Positions 34,923 through 43,398 of a stretch of 64,000 bases of DNA are shown piece by piece. This DNA is from Desulfatibacillum sp. Its GTDB lineage: Bacteria > Desulfobacterota > Desulfobacteria > Desulfobacterales > SpSt-501. Position 1 is the stretch's first letter. Each line of letters begins with the position of its first letter. Where the stretch lies: assembly GCA_020725555.1 (NCBI GenBank), contig DYEU01000032.1:241656-305655 (forward strand), read 5' to 3'. Position numbers and translations under genes: made by a program. Under the pieces are notes generated by a model. The model was given only the letters and a program-made list of their open reading frames with translations, had not been told where the DNA came from and did not search any database.

Positions 34923-36773
34923 TCAGATCCCTCCCTGGGCGGCCCGCCGTACCGGCCGGCGCCGCCCCGCGGCCTCATCCTCGGCCCGCACGCGGGCCTC
35001 GAGCCGGATTTTTTCCGCCGGCACCCCTTTCTCTATCAGCTCGCGGGCGACCCCCGGCGAGGGGACGTAGACCGTGCGCACATGGCCGTAGAACCAAGCG
35101 AGGTATTTCCAGGCGAGGTCCTCGATGAAGGTGTCGTGCGTGAGCTGGCGCGCCAGGCGGGGAATCGCCTCGCTGTGGGTCGCCTCCAGCGGCAGGCCGA
35201 GGAAGCGGCCGATGAAGAGCCCGGCAAGACCGGTCGGCCCGGAACCCGCCAGGTGAAGACGCTCGATCGGCTGCGAAAAACAGAAATCGAGCATCTCCAG
35301 GAGCGGGGGGTAGACCAGCCGTTCCCCCGGGAGCTCCTCGAAGGCATAGACGCCAATCGGTGCAAAGCGCCGGACCGCCCCGCCTTCCGTGTCCGCTTCG
35401 CAGGTGAGCACCACCCGCTCCGCTTCCTCCCGGCCCCCGGCGGCGGCCAGCCCCTGAGCGGCGTTTTCGGCGAAGACGGCGCAGCGCAAGGGCCGCGCCG
35501 CGGCGCCCTGCGCGCCCAGCTGCCCCGCCGCCTCGCGGGCCAGGCGGATCTGGGCGTTGTGGTGGGCGAAGCCCACGAAGTAGGGGGCGAGCAGGGTGCA
35601 GAACCCGCCGGCGGAGCCGATCGTGTGAAAGATGCTGAAGAGATTCGCCCCCGAGAGGTGGTCAAGCAGGTGGTTGGCGAAGCCGAGCAAAATGCGGCTC
35701 GACATCTTGTGAATGAAGTCGAACCAGCGTTCGGCCGACGGCTGCGGCACCTGCTTCGCCCTGCGCGGGAGAGCGAAGAGTTCCGGCTCATCGCGGATCA
35801 GGCGCGCCGTTTCCTTGCGCAGGAGATCGACCAGGGGCCCCGGCAGGCTGCCCCGGATCCGGCGCAAGCGGCGGGCCTGCCAGAGAAAGTGCAACCGGGA
35901 GAGTATCCCGCCCTCTTCTTCCTCCGGCGTCCCGCGCAGGCTGCGATCCACGAACCGCAGCAGAAAATCGTGCGGCACCTGGGCACCGAGATCGAGCCGG
36001 GCGCGATAGAACTGGTAGGCGATGCTGTAGAGGTTGTGGGCGAGATGCTTCGGCGAGGAGGGCTCCTCGATCACCTGCGCCGCCCCCGCCTCGATCCCCG
36101 CGAAGAACTCCGCCGCCGACCGGGCGCCCTCGACCCGGGTGAAGGTGCGGCCGATGGTGAGGGAGCTGTGATCATCGGAGCCGCCGATCAGCCGCTTGAC
36201 CCAAGGGAGGGGGCCGACGGGGGCGATCCCGTGCCGGTCCGCAAGCTGCCCAAGCGCCTGCGGGGTCAGTGCCGCGAGCATCTCGCGCAGGCGGCGGTTC
36301 GCCTCGGGGTGGCTGTCGCCGTTGATTTCGAAGACCGAAAACAGCAGCAACAGTTTCTCGATGTGCGCGGGGGTCAGCCGGTCGTTGACCGCGTAAAACG
36401 GATGGGCCGCGGCGTGAAACACCCCTTCCTGCCGCAGGTAGCCGAGAAGCTCGTAGAGGTTCGGGCGCAGTTTCTGGATCTCGGCGTGTTGGGCTTCGCT
36501 GATGCGGTAGACGAGGACATGCACCTTGCAGCCGTCCTCCGGCAAATAGCTCGTCACCTCCTCGCCGATCACGACGCCGGGGAGGTGCGCGATCTCGAGC
36601 GCCCCCTCGATGCGGTTGTGATCGGTGACCGTCACCAGATCCATGCCGCGACGGCGGGCGAGGTGATAGAGCCGGAGGGGTTCGGTAAAGCTCTCGGGAC
36701 AGCCGATCTTCTGCAGCAGCCACTGGGAGGGCCGCTGCGAGTGCCGTGAGTGCACATGCAGGTCCGCTTGCAT
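34923..36773 (-). CDS. Fusion protein: N-terminal PHP-domain metallophosphoesterase, helical linker, and a GT4-type glycosyltransferase N-terminal half only
   Basis: PHP motifs ADLHVHSRHS, DLVTVTDHN and GGSDDHS. The C-terminal part aligns by eye to the SqdX/GT4 N-domain (IERLHLAGSGPTGLAGL..., LEATHSE, VYVPSPGVARELIEKGVPAEKIRL) but ends where the nucleotide-sugar-binding C-domain should start. ATG at 36773 chosen. Confidence 0.7.
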   Translation of the reverse strand: MQADLHVHSRHSQRPSQWLLQKIGCPESFTEPLRLYHLARRRGMDLVTVTDHNRIEGALEIAHLPGVVIGEEVTSYLPEDGCKVHVLVYRISEAQHAEIQKLRPNLYELLGYLRQEGVFHAAAHPFYAVNDRLTPAHIEKLLLLFSVFEINGDSHPEANRRLREMLAALTPQALGQLADRHGIAPVGPLPWVKRLIGGSDDHSSLTIGRTFTRVEGARSAAEFFAGIEAGAAQVIEEPSSPKHLAHNLYSIAYQFYRARLDLGAQVPHDFLLRFVDRSLRGTPEEEEGGILSRLHFLWQARRLRRIRGSLPGPLVDLLRKETARLIRDEPELFALPRRAKQVPQPSAERWFDFIHKMSSRILLGFANHLLDHLSGANLFSIFHTIGSAGGFCTLLAPYFVGFAHHNAQIRLAREAAGQLGAQGAAARPLRCAVFAENAAQGLAAAGGREEAERVVLTCEADTEGGAVRRFAPIGVYAFEELPGERLVYPPLLEMLDFCFSQPIERLHLAGSGPTGLAGLFIGRFLGLPLEATHSEAIPRLARQLTHDTFIEDLAWKYLAWFYGHVRTVYVPSPGVARELIEKGVPAEKIRLEARVRAEDEAAGRRRPVRRAAQGGI

Positions 36774-36827
36774 ACGCTCCTTTCCGCATCGCGTCGCCAC
36801 GCGTTTGCCCATCATTCAACCCCGTGC

Positions 36828-36856
36828 GGGTTAGCCGGCGATTACGCAACCGCTAA
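36828..36856 (-). promoter_or_regulatory. Candidate Pho box upstream of the PHP-fusion/phoH/PAP2/GT operon
   Basis: + strand GGGTTAG (36828), CGATTAC (36839) and CCGCTAA (36850) at 11-bp phase. 55-83 bp upstream of the ATG at 36773. It would sit only 13 bp from the track start at 36815, which supports the shorter ORF. Confidence 0.5.
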
Positions 36857-36904
36857 ATGTTGATGAAGGCGGCGCAGTGCGGGCAAAAAAGGCCGGAGGG
36901 CGGC

Positions 36905-37531
36905 TCAGGGGGCGGGCACCCACCAGGGGGCCGCGGCCACGCCGAGGCCGATCGCGAAAAGGGAGGCCCCGCAGAGGCGCGCAATCAGCGCTGGAGGCAG
37001 GCGGGCGGCGAGAGGGACGAGGGCGTTCGCCCCCAGGGCGAGCAGAGGCGCCCAGAGTGCCGATCCCGTGAACACCCCCGCGGCCCAAGCGGTCGCCGCC
37101 GCAGGGCCGCCGCCGCTAAGGTTCAAGGCCGAGAAGGACGCGCTCAGCACGAGAATCGGCAGCGGATTGGAGAGCATGAGGACGGCCGAGGTGAAAAACG
37201 CCCCCCGCAGCCGCCCTCCCCGATCCGCTCGCGCCGCGGCGCCGGCCGCCTGCCCGGGCGGCAGGCGGCGGAAGAGGCGCAGGCCGACGCCGGCCAGCAC
37301 GGCTCCGGCCGCAGGATGGAAGAGATCGCGGTGTTGCTGGAGAAAAGCGTTCAGCAGCGCAAGCCCCCAGCCCGCCGCCAAGGCGTAGAGGGCATCCACG
37401 ACCGCCGCCCCCAGCACGGCGAAGATCCCGGCCAGGCGGCCGTCGCTGAGCGTCCGCTGCAGGCTAAGAATGCCGATCGGGCCGAGCGGGGCGCAGAGAA
37501 TGAAGCCGATCGCCGTTCCTTCCCAGAACAT
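36905..37531 (-). CDS. LysE/RhtB-family amino-acid exporter
   Basis: About 208 aa with 6 hydrophobic segments. N-terminal GFILCAPLGPIGIL motif typical of the LysE superfamily. ATG at 37531 chosen. Confidence 0.75.
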   Translation of the reverse strand: MFWEGTAIGFILCAPLGPIGILSLQRTLSDGRLAGIFAVLGAAVVDALYALAAGWGLALLNAFLQQHRDLFHPAAGAVLAGVGLRLFRRLPPGQAAGAAARADRGGRLRGAFFTSAVLMLSNPLPILVLSASFSALNLSGGGPAAATAWAAGVFTGSALWAPLLALGANALVPLAARLPPALIARLCGASLFAIGLGVAAAPWWVPAP

Positions 37532-37644
37532 CCCGAGGGGGTGCCTCGCTTTCCGCGTTGCTTCGGTCGCCTGGCGTTTTGCCCCACTCCGGCTCGGAGG
37601 CCGCCGCGCGGGATCAACGCACTCTTTGCGTTCATCCAACCCTC

Positions 37645-37673
37645 CGGTTAGGCCGTCGTTGCCAAACGGTTAG
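37645..37673 (-). promoter_or_regulatory. Candidate Pho box in the lysE / olsF-like divergent region
   Basis: + strand CGGTTAG (37645), TCGTTGC (37656) and CGGTTAG (37667) at 11-bp phase. Orientation matches the minus-strand gene (114-142 bp upstream of its ATG). Confidence 0.55.
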
Positions 37674-37726
37674 AAATCGATCGCCGCAGGGTCCTGACGA
37701 GAGGGGGGCCCCTGCCGCGGCGGCGG

Positions 37727-37766
37727 CAAACCAAAAATTCGCATCTCTTTAGCAAAACCCTAAGAC
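37727..37766 (+). promoter_or_regulatory. Weaker 11-bp-phased array oriented toward the OlsF-like gene
   Basis: CAAACCA (37727), TTCGCAT (37738), TTAGCAA (37749) and CTAAGAC (37760). The last unit is 54 bp upstream of the ATG at 37820. Confidence 0.3.
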
Positions 37767-37819
37767 AAGCGCGCGAAGATGCCTCCGTTTCGGGCGTACC
37801 GCCCGCAAGGAGGAGGCCC

Positions 37820-39694
37820 ATGCGCACCGAGATCCCTTCCCCCCGCGTGTTCTCTCTCGTCCCGCAATCGGCCGCCGGCACCGGTTGGCTGGCCTGCGCC
37901 CTGCGTCCGGTCGAAGGGCTTCTCGGGCTGCGGGAATGCGAGGCCGTCTATCGCGGCCTGGCGGCGATCGAGGACCCCCGGCGATTCCTGCAGGCGACGC
38001 TCGCGGCCCTCGGCGTGCGCTGCGCCGGGCCGGAAGGGATGGAACAGATCCCCCCCGCGGGCCCGACGGTCGTCGTGGCCAACCACCCCTACGGCGGCAT
38101 CGAGGGGGTCCTGCTCGCCGAACGGCTGCTGTCGGTGCGCGGCGACGTGAAAATCCTCGCGAACTACCTGCTCCACCGCATCCCCCAGCTCCGGCCCCTC
38201 GTCATCCCCGTCGACCCCTTCGGCCGGCGGGGAGCGGCGTCCGCGAACCTCGCCCCGCTGCGACAGGCGATGCGCTGGGTGGCCCAGGGCGGCCTCCTGC
38301 TGGTGTTCCCCGCAGGCGAGGTCGCGCACCTGAGGCTCTCGGCGCGCGAAATCACCGATCCGCCCTGGAACCCCGCCGTGGCCCGGATCGTGCGTCACGC
38401 CCGGGCCACGGTCGTCCCCGTGTTCGTCCGCGGTCGCAACCGCATGCGCTTTCATCTCGCAGGCCTCGTCCACCCGCGGCTGCGGACCGCGCTTCTCGGC
38501 CGCGAGTTGCTCCACCGGCGGGGAAAGCCGCTGGACGTCAAGATCGGCAGCCCGATCCCCTACCGCTGGCTGCAAGCCCATCGCGACGATCGCCGCCTGA
38601 TGGAGTACCTGCGTTGGCGGACCTACGTCCTGGGCTGCACCGCCCGCCCCCCGCGGCGCTTTCCGGCCCTTCCGGTTGCAGCCTTGGGCCGCAAGCAGGC
38701 GGCGATCGCCCCCGCCCAGGACCCCGCCCGGCTCGCCGCCGAAATCGCCGCCCTGCCCGCCGACCGGCTTCTTGCGCGCAGCGGCGCCTTCCGGGTCTTT
38801 CTGGCGGAAGCCCGCGACATCCCGCGGGTCCTGCTCGAAATCGGCCGCCTGCGTGAACTCACGTTTCGCGCGGCCGCGGAAGGAACCGGCAAGCCCTTCG
38901 ATCTCGACCGCTTCGATTCGCTCTACCTCCACCTGTTCATCTGGGACGAGGGGGAGAAAAGGATCGTCGGGGCCTACCGCATCGGCCAAACCGACCGCAT
39001 CCTCGCGTGCCACGGCCGGGAGGGTCTCTACACGACGACCCTCTTTCACAGCCGCATGGAATTTTTCCGCAAAATCGGGCCCGCCCTCGAGATGGGCCGC
39101 TCCTTCATCCGGCCGGAATACCAGAAGTCCTACTCCTCGCTGCTGCTCCTGTGGAAAGGGATCGGAAGCTTCGTCGCCCGCAACCCGCGGTACCGGACGC
39201 TCTTCGGACCCGTGAGCATCAGCCGCGACTACAGCGAACTCTCGCGCCGCCTGATCGCCTCCACGCTCCTCCAGCACAGCCAGGCGAAGGACCTCTCGCT
39301 CATGGTCCGGCCCCGCAAGCCCGCCGCCCTGAAGCCTCCGCGGGTGCCCGGCTGCGGACGCATCGGCCGCAACCTCTCGTTTCAGGATTTCCGGGAGGTC
39401 TGCGCGCTGATCGCGGACCTCGAACTGCAACAAAAAGAGGTTCCCGTCCTGCTGCGCCAGTACCTGAACTTGGGCGGGCAGTTGCTCGCATTCAGCATCG
39501 ACCGCAGTTTCGGAAACGTGATGGACGGCCTGATCGTGGTCGATCTGCTGAAAACCGACCGCCGCACCCTCAGGCGCTATCTGGGGGAGGAGGGCGCGGC
39601 AACCTTTCTTTCGTTCCATGAGGAACGGGGTGGCGTGGAATCGGGGGTTGCCGAAGACGCCGGGGGAACCCTGCGGCCGGCGGAAAGCGCCTGA
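37820..39694 (+). CDS. Bifunctional acyltransferase, OlsF-like: N-terminal PlsC-type (HX4D-like NHPYGGIEG) O-acyltransferase plus C-terminal OlsB/GNAT-type N-acyltransferase
   Basis: VVANHPYGGIEG and FPAGEV blocks (lysophospholipid acyltransferase). C-terminal LRELTFRAAAEGTGKPFDLDRFD...YRIG...GRSFIRPEYQ typical of the OlsB/hemolysin-like N-acyltransferase domain. Confidence 0.8.
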   Translation: MRTEIPSPRVFSLVPQSAAGTGWLACALRPVEGLLGLRECEAVYRGLAAIEDPRRFLQATLAALGVRCAGPEGMEQIPPAGPTVVVANHPYGGIEGVLLAERLLSVRGDVKILANYLLHRIPQLRPLVIPVDPFGRRGAASANLAPLRQAMRWVAQGGLLLVFPAGEVAHLRLSAREITDPPWNPAVARIVRHARATVVPVFVRGRNRMRFHLAGLVHPRLRTALLGRELLHRRGKPLDVKIGSPIPYRWLQAHRDDRRLMEYLRWRTYVLGCTARPPRRFPALPVAALGRKQAAIAPAQDPARLAAEIAALPADRLLARSGAFRVFLAEARDIPRVLLEIGRLRELTFRAAAEGTGKPFDLDRFDSLYLHLFIWDEGEKRIVGAYRIGQTDRILACHGREGLYTTTLFHSRMEFFRKIGPALEMGRSFIRPEYQKSYSSLLLLWKGIGSFVARNPRYRTLFGPVSISRDYSELSRRLIASTLLQHSQAKDLSLMVRPRKPAALKPPRVPGCGRIGRNLSFQDFREVCALIADLELQQKEVPVLLRQYLNLGGQLLAFSIDRSFGNVMDGLIVVDLLKTDRRTLRRYLGEEGAATFLSFHEERGGVESGVAEDAGGTLRPAESA

Positions 39695-39909
39695 AACGCG
39701 TGCGCGCCGCCTGCAAAGCCGCCGCCGGCCGACCCGTCGGGTGTTCTCTCGCCCGCGATGGGACTCGGGCTGCTCGCCCCGCCACCGGCTGCCGGCCGGC
39801 AGAACCCAATAGAAACCAACACCTTTTCATCCTGCCCCGTCGCTCACGGCGAAGGCCTGCGGCGTCTCGGCTCCCCCGACCCGCTCTCGATTCCGGCTTC
39901 AACGCAAAA

Positions 39910-39938
39910 CAAACCGAACGCTAATGAGCCGCTCACCC
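39910..39938 (+). promoter_or_regulatory. Candidate Pho box upstream of phnC
   Basis: CAAACCG (39910), CTAATGA (39921) and CTCACCC (39932) at 11-bp phase. 67-95 bp upstream of the ATG at 40005. It overlaps the track start at 39924, arguing against that start. Confidence 0.5.
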
Positions 39939-40004
39939 GCTGACCTTACAACCCCAGCCGACCGTCTCGGGCGGTCCCCGACCACGTTCCCGAAAGGGGG
40001 AGGC

Positions 40005-40856
40005 ATGCAGAAAACCGATCCGATCCCTCCGGCCGTCGAGGTCGAATCCCTCTCCAAGCGCTTCGGCCGCCGCCACGCCCTGAGGCACGTCAGCCTGCGG
40101 ATCGATACGGGCGAGATGGTGGCCCTGATCGGCCCCTCGGGTTCCGGCAAGTCGACGCTCCTGCGCCACATCGCGGGGCTGCTCGCCGGGAGCCGCGACT
40201 CCGGGGCGATCCGCCTTTTCGGCCGCGAGGTTCAGTGCCGCGGCGCCGTCTCGCCACGGATCCGCGCCATCCGCTCCGAGGTGGGGTTCATCTTCCAGCA
40301 GTTCAATCTGGTGGGCCGCCTGCCGCTCCTCACCAACGTGCTGACCGGGACCCTCTCCCGGGTGGGAACCCTGAGGAGCCTGCTCGGGCTCTTCCCCCGG
40401 GCGGAAAAACTGCGCGCCCTGGAGGCGCTTCAATGCGTGGGGCTCGCCGAGTACGCGGCCCAGCGGGCCAGCACGCTCTCCGGCGGGCAGCAGCAGCGCG
40501 CGGCCATCGCGCGGGCGATGCAGCAGCGCGCGCGGATCCTGCTGGCCGACGAGCCGATCGCCTCGCTCGACCCGGAATCGGCGCGCATCGTGATGGAGCT
40601 GCTCCAGTGCATGAACCGGGACGAAGGCGTGACCGTGCTCGTCAGCCTGCATCAGGTGCAGTTCGCCATGCAGTACTGCCCGCGATCGATCGCCATGAAG
40701 GAGGGTCGGATCGTCTTCGACGGCCCGAGTCAGGAACTCACCCCCGCCGCCTTGCGCCGGATCTACGGCTTGAAATCCGACGATTTCGATCTCGACGGCA
40801 CCGAGCCGCTCCGTTTTCGGGTGTGTACGCCGCCTGCCGCAGCGGCAGGTGCATGA
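40005..40856 (+). CDS. phnC: Phosphonate/phosphite ABC transporter ATP-binding protein PhnC
   Basis: [44 protein letters not shown] and LADEPIASLDP. AAAGGGGGAGG RBS before the ATG. Confidence 0.9.
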   Translation: MQKTDPIPPAVEVESLSKRFGRRHALRHVSLRIDTGEMVALIGPSGSGKSTLLRHIAGLLAGSRDSGAIRLFGREVQCRGAVSPRIRAIRSEVGFIFQQFNLVGRLPLLTNVLTGTLSRVGTLRSLLGLFPRAEKLRALEALQCVGLAEYAAQRASTLSGGQQQRAAIARAMQQRARILLADEPIASLDPESARIVMELLQCMNRDEGVTVLVSLHQVQFAMQYCPRSIAMKEGRIVFDGPSQELTPAALRRIYGLKSDDFDLDGTEPLRFRVCTPPAAAAGA

Positions 40857-40908
40857 CGCCGGATCCCTCGCGGGATCCCGGCCCAGGTTCAGAAAGGAGA
40901 AGGAGTCC

Positions 40909-41910
40909 ATGAAGAAACGGTTGGTGTCCCTGGTTCTGGCGGCCGCCTGTCTGTGGGCGGGCCACGCCTTCGCCCAGGAGGTCAAGGAGCTCACCATCGG
41001 CGTCATCCCCACCGAGGCGACGGCCACGGCGATGAAGGGTTTTGAGCCCTTCCGGGCGGACATGGAAAAGGCCCTCGGCATCCCCGTCAAGCTGTTCATC
41101 GCGCCCGACTACGCCGGGGTGATCGAGGCCATGCGGTTCAACAAGGTGCAGATCGCCTGGTTCGGCAACAAGTCGGCCATCGAGGCCGTCAACCGCGCCA
41201 GCGGCGAAGTCTTTTGCCAGACCGTGGACGTGAACGGCAACCCCGGCTACTGGTCGCTGATCGTGGTCCACAAGGACAGCCCCCTGCAGACGATCGACGA
41301 CATCATCCGCGAAGGGAAAAACCTGACCTTCGGCAACGGGGACCCGAATTCCACCTCGGGGTACCTGATTCCCACCTACTACATCTGGGCGCAGCGCGGC
41401 ATCGACCCCGTCAAGCACTTCAAGCTCGTGCGCAACGCGAACCACGAGACCAACCTCATGGCCGTCGCCAACAAGCAGGTCGACTTCGCCACCAACAACA
41501 CCGAGAACTGGGACAAGTTCGCGAAGGCGCACCCGGATCTGATCAAGAACGTGCGGGCCGTCTGGAAAAGCCCGCTGATCCCGAGCGACCCCATGGTGTG
41601 GCGCAAGGATCTGCCGCGGGAGTGGAAAAGCCGGATCAAGGGCTTCTTTCTCGCCTACGGCCGCCTCGGGCCGAACCGGGAGAAGGAACTCGAGGTCCTG
41701 CGCAACATGAGCTCGGGCTGGGCGCCTTTCCAGGACTCCTCGAACCATCAGCTGCTCCCGATTATGGAGATCGACCTGGCGAAGGAAAAAATGAAGCTGG
41801 AGGGCAGCACCACCCTCGCCGAGGCCGAAAAAGCCCAGAAGATGGCCGAGATCGAAAAGAAGCTGGCCGACATCCGCTCCTACGTGCAGCTGGTCTCCAA
41901 ATACAACTGA
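40909..41910 (+). CDS. phnD: Phosphonate ABC transporter substrate-binding protein PhnD
   Basis: Signal peptide MKKRLVSLVLAAACLWAGHAFA. LTIGVIPTE, DYAGVIEAMRFNKVQIAWFG and PNSTSGYLIP motifs. Confidence 0.88.
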   Translation: MKKRLVSLVLAAACLWAGHAFAQEVKELTIGVIPTEATATAMKGFEPFRADMEKALGIPVKLFIAPDYAGVIEAMRFNKVQIAWFGNKSAIEAVNRASGEVFCQTVDVNGNPGYWSLIVVHKDSPLQTIDDIIREGKNLTFGNGDPNSTSGYLIPTYYIWAQRGIDPVKHFKLVRNANHETNLMAVANKQVDFATNNTENWDKFAKAHPDLIKNVRAVWKSPLIPSDPMVWRKDLPREWKSRIKGFFLAYGRLGPNREKELEVLRNMSSGWAPFQDSSNHQLLPIMEIDLAKEKMKLEGSTTLAEAEKAQKMAEIEKKLADIRSYVQLVSKYN

Positions 41911-41980
41911 CCTTCCCGTCGTCTCGGGGGCCGCGCCTTCGGGCTGCGGCCCCCGGGCCTTCTCCTCCGGCAGGTGACTA

Positions 41981-42778
41981 ATGACCACCGCGGAATCCGC
42001 CCTCTTGCCGCCCGTTCTTCCCCTGCGAACCAAGATCCTGAGGCTGCTCCTCGCCCTCGCCGCCGCCGCACTGCTCGCCTGGGCCTGGCACGGATCGGAG
42101 ATGCGGCCGCTCGACCTCTTCACCTACCGCGGCAACATGGCCGCCTACCTGAAGGGGTTTCTCACCCCGGACTTCAGCGAGTGGCGGGACTATTTCCATC
42201 ACACGATCGTCACGATCCAGATCGCGATCTGGGGCACCCTGCTCGCCGTCGTCGGGGCGGTCCCCTTCGGGCTGCTCTCCTCGGCGAACGTGGCCCCGGC
42301 CTGGATCCACCAGCCGGTCCGCCGCCTGATGGACGCCTGCCGTTCGATCAACGAAATGATCTTCGCCATGCTGTTCATCAGCGCGGTCGGCCTCGGCCCC
42401 TTCGCCGGCGTGCTCGCCCTCTTCATGCACACCTTGGGAACGCTCGCCAAGCTCTTCTCCGAGGCGGTCGAGGCGATCGACCCCCAGCCGGTGGAGGGCA
42501 TCCGCGCCACAGGGGCAAACCGCCTGCAGGAGATCGCCTACGGCGTGATCCCCCAGGTCGTGCCCCTCTGGATTTCCTACTCCCTCTACCGCTTCGAGTC
42601 GAACGTCCGCTCGGCGAGCGTCGTCGGCATGGTGGGCGCGGGCGGGATCGGTATGCTCCTGTGGGATGCGATCCGCAGCTTCAACTACGGGGCGACCGCC
42701 GCCATGCTGATCATCCTGGTCGTCGTGGTGAGTGTCCTCGATCTCGGCTCGGCGACCATCCGCAAACGATACATCTGA
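41981..42778 (+). CDS. phnE: Phosphonate ABC transporter permease PhnE
   Basis: [41 protein letters not shown] and [14 protein letters not shown] motifs. Confidence 0.88.
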   Translation: MTTAESALLPPVLPLRTKILRLLLALAAAALLAWAWHGSEMRPLDLFTYRGNMAAYLKGFLTPDFSEWRDYFHHTIVTIQIAIWGTLLAVVGAVPFGLLSSANVAPAWIHQPVRRLMDACRSINEMIFAMLFISAVGLGPFAGVLALFMHTLGTLAKLFSEAVEAIDPQPVEGIRATGANRLQEIAYGVIPQVVPLWISYSLYRFESNVRSASVVGMVGAGGIGMLLWDAIRSFNYGATAAMLIILVVVVSVLDLGSATIRKRYI

Positions 42779-43398
42779 TGGCCGCCGCGCCTCCCCCCCG
42801 GCAGGCGGCGCTCCGCATCCGCCGCGCACGGCCGGCGGACGCCCCCTTCGTCGCCGCCCGGATGGCCGAGCTGGGCTACCCCTGCGGCGCGGAGGAGATG
42901 GCCGCCCGCTTGGGCAGGCTCCTTTCCCGCCGGGAGTGTCGCGTCGCGGTCGCCCAAGAGGGAGAACGGATCGTCGGGGTGGTCGCCGCCTGTATCGAAC
43001 ACGGGATCGAGGCCGATCGGCCCCTGGGGCGGGTCACGGCGCTCGCGGTCGCGGCGGAGTGTCGCGGCCGGGGGGTCGGCGCCTGCCTGCTCGCGGATGC
43101 CGAGGCGTGGCTCCGAAAGAAGGGGGCGTTCTGCGCGGTCGTGAACAGCGCGACCCGGCGGCGGTGCGCCCACCGCTTTTACCGCCGCGAGGGCTACCGA
43201 ATGACGGGCCTGCGCTTCCGCAAGGAGCTTCCGCCCCCCGCGCCCGCGGGCCGCGGTGCCAGCAGCGCCTCCAGCCCCGGCGCCCCCGCCGCCACCTGCC
43301 ACTCGCCCGGCGCGGTCTCCCGGGCGGCGAAAAACCCCCCGGCCTCCTCCACCAGAATCCTACCTGCAGCGAAATCCCACAGCCGGATCCCCTCGTAG
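42778..43398 (+). CDS. GNAT-family N-acetyltransferase (PhnO-like by position)
   Basis: Acetyl-CoA motif ECRGRGVGACLLADAEAWL. ATG overlaps the phnE stop (TGATG). The GNAT fold ends near residue 150; the last about 55 codons run through the 3' end of the convergent IMPase-family gene. Confidence 0.7.
   Translation: MAAAPPPRQAALRIRRARPADAPFVAARMAELGYPCGAEEMAARLGRLLSRRECRVAVAQEGERIVGVVAACIEHGIEADRPLGRVTALAVAAECRGRGVGACLLADAEAWLRKKGAFCAVVNSATRRRCAHRFYRREGYRMTGLRFRKELPPPAPAGRGASSASSPGAPAATCHSPGAVSRAAKNPPASSTRILPAAKSHSRIPS

Noticed and set aside
39789-39802. Perfect 14-nt palindrome CTGCCGGCCGGCAG in the 310-bp olsF-like/phnC intergenic region (possible terminator, protein site or sRNA element)
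   Set aside because: There is no loop-forming spacer and no U-tract, and GC-rich palindromes of this size are frequent in such genomes. I cannot support a specific function. The small track ORFs in this gap (39618..39812, 39700..39924, 39758..39943) have unnatural composition.
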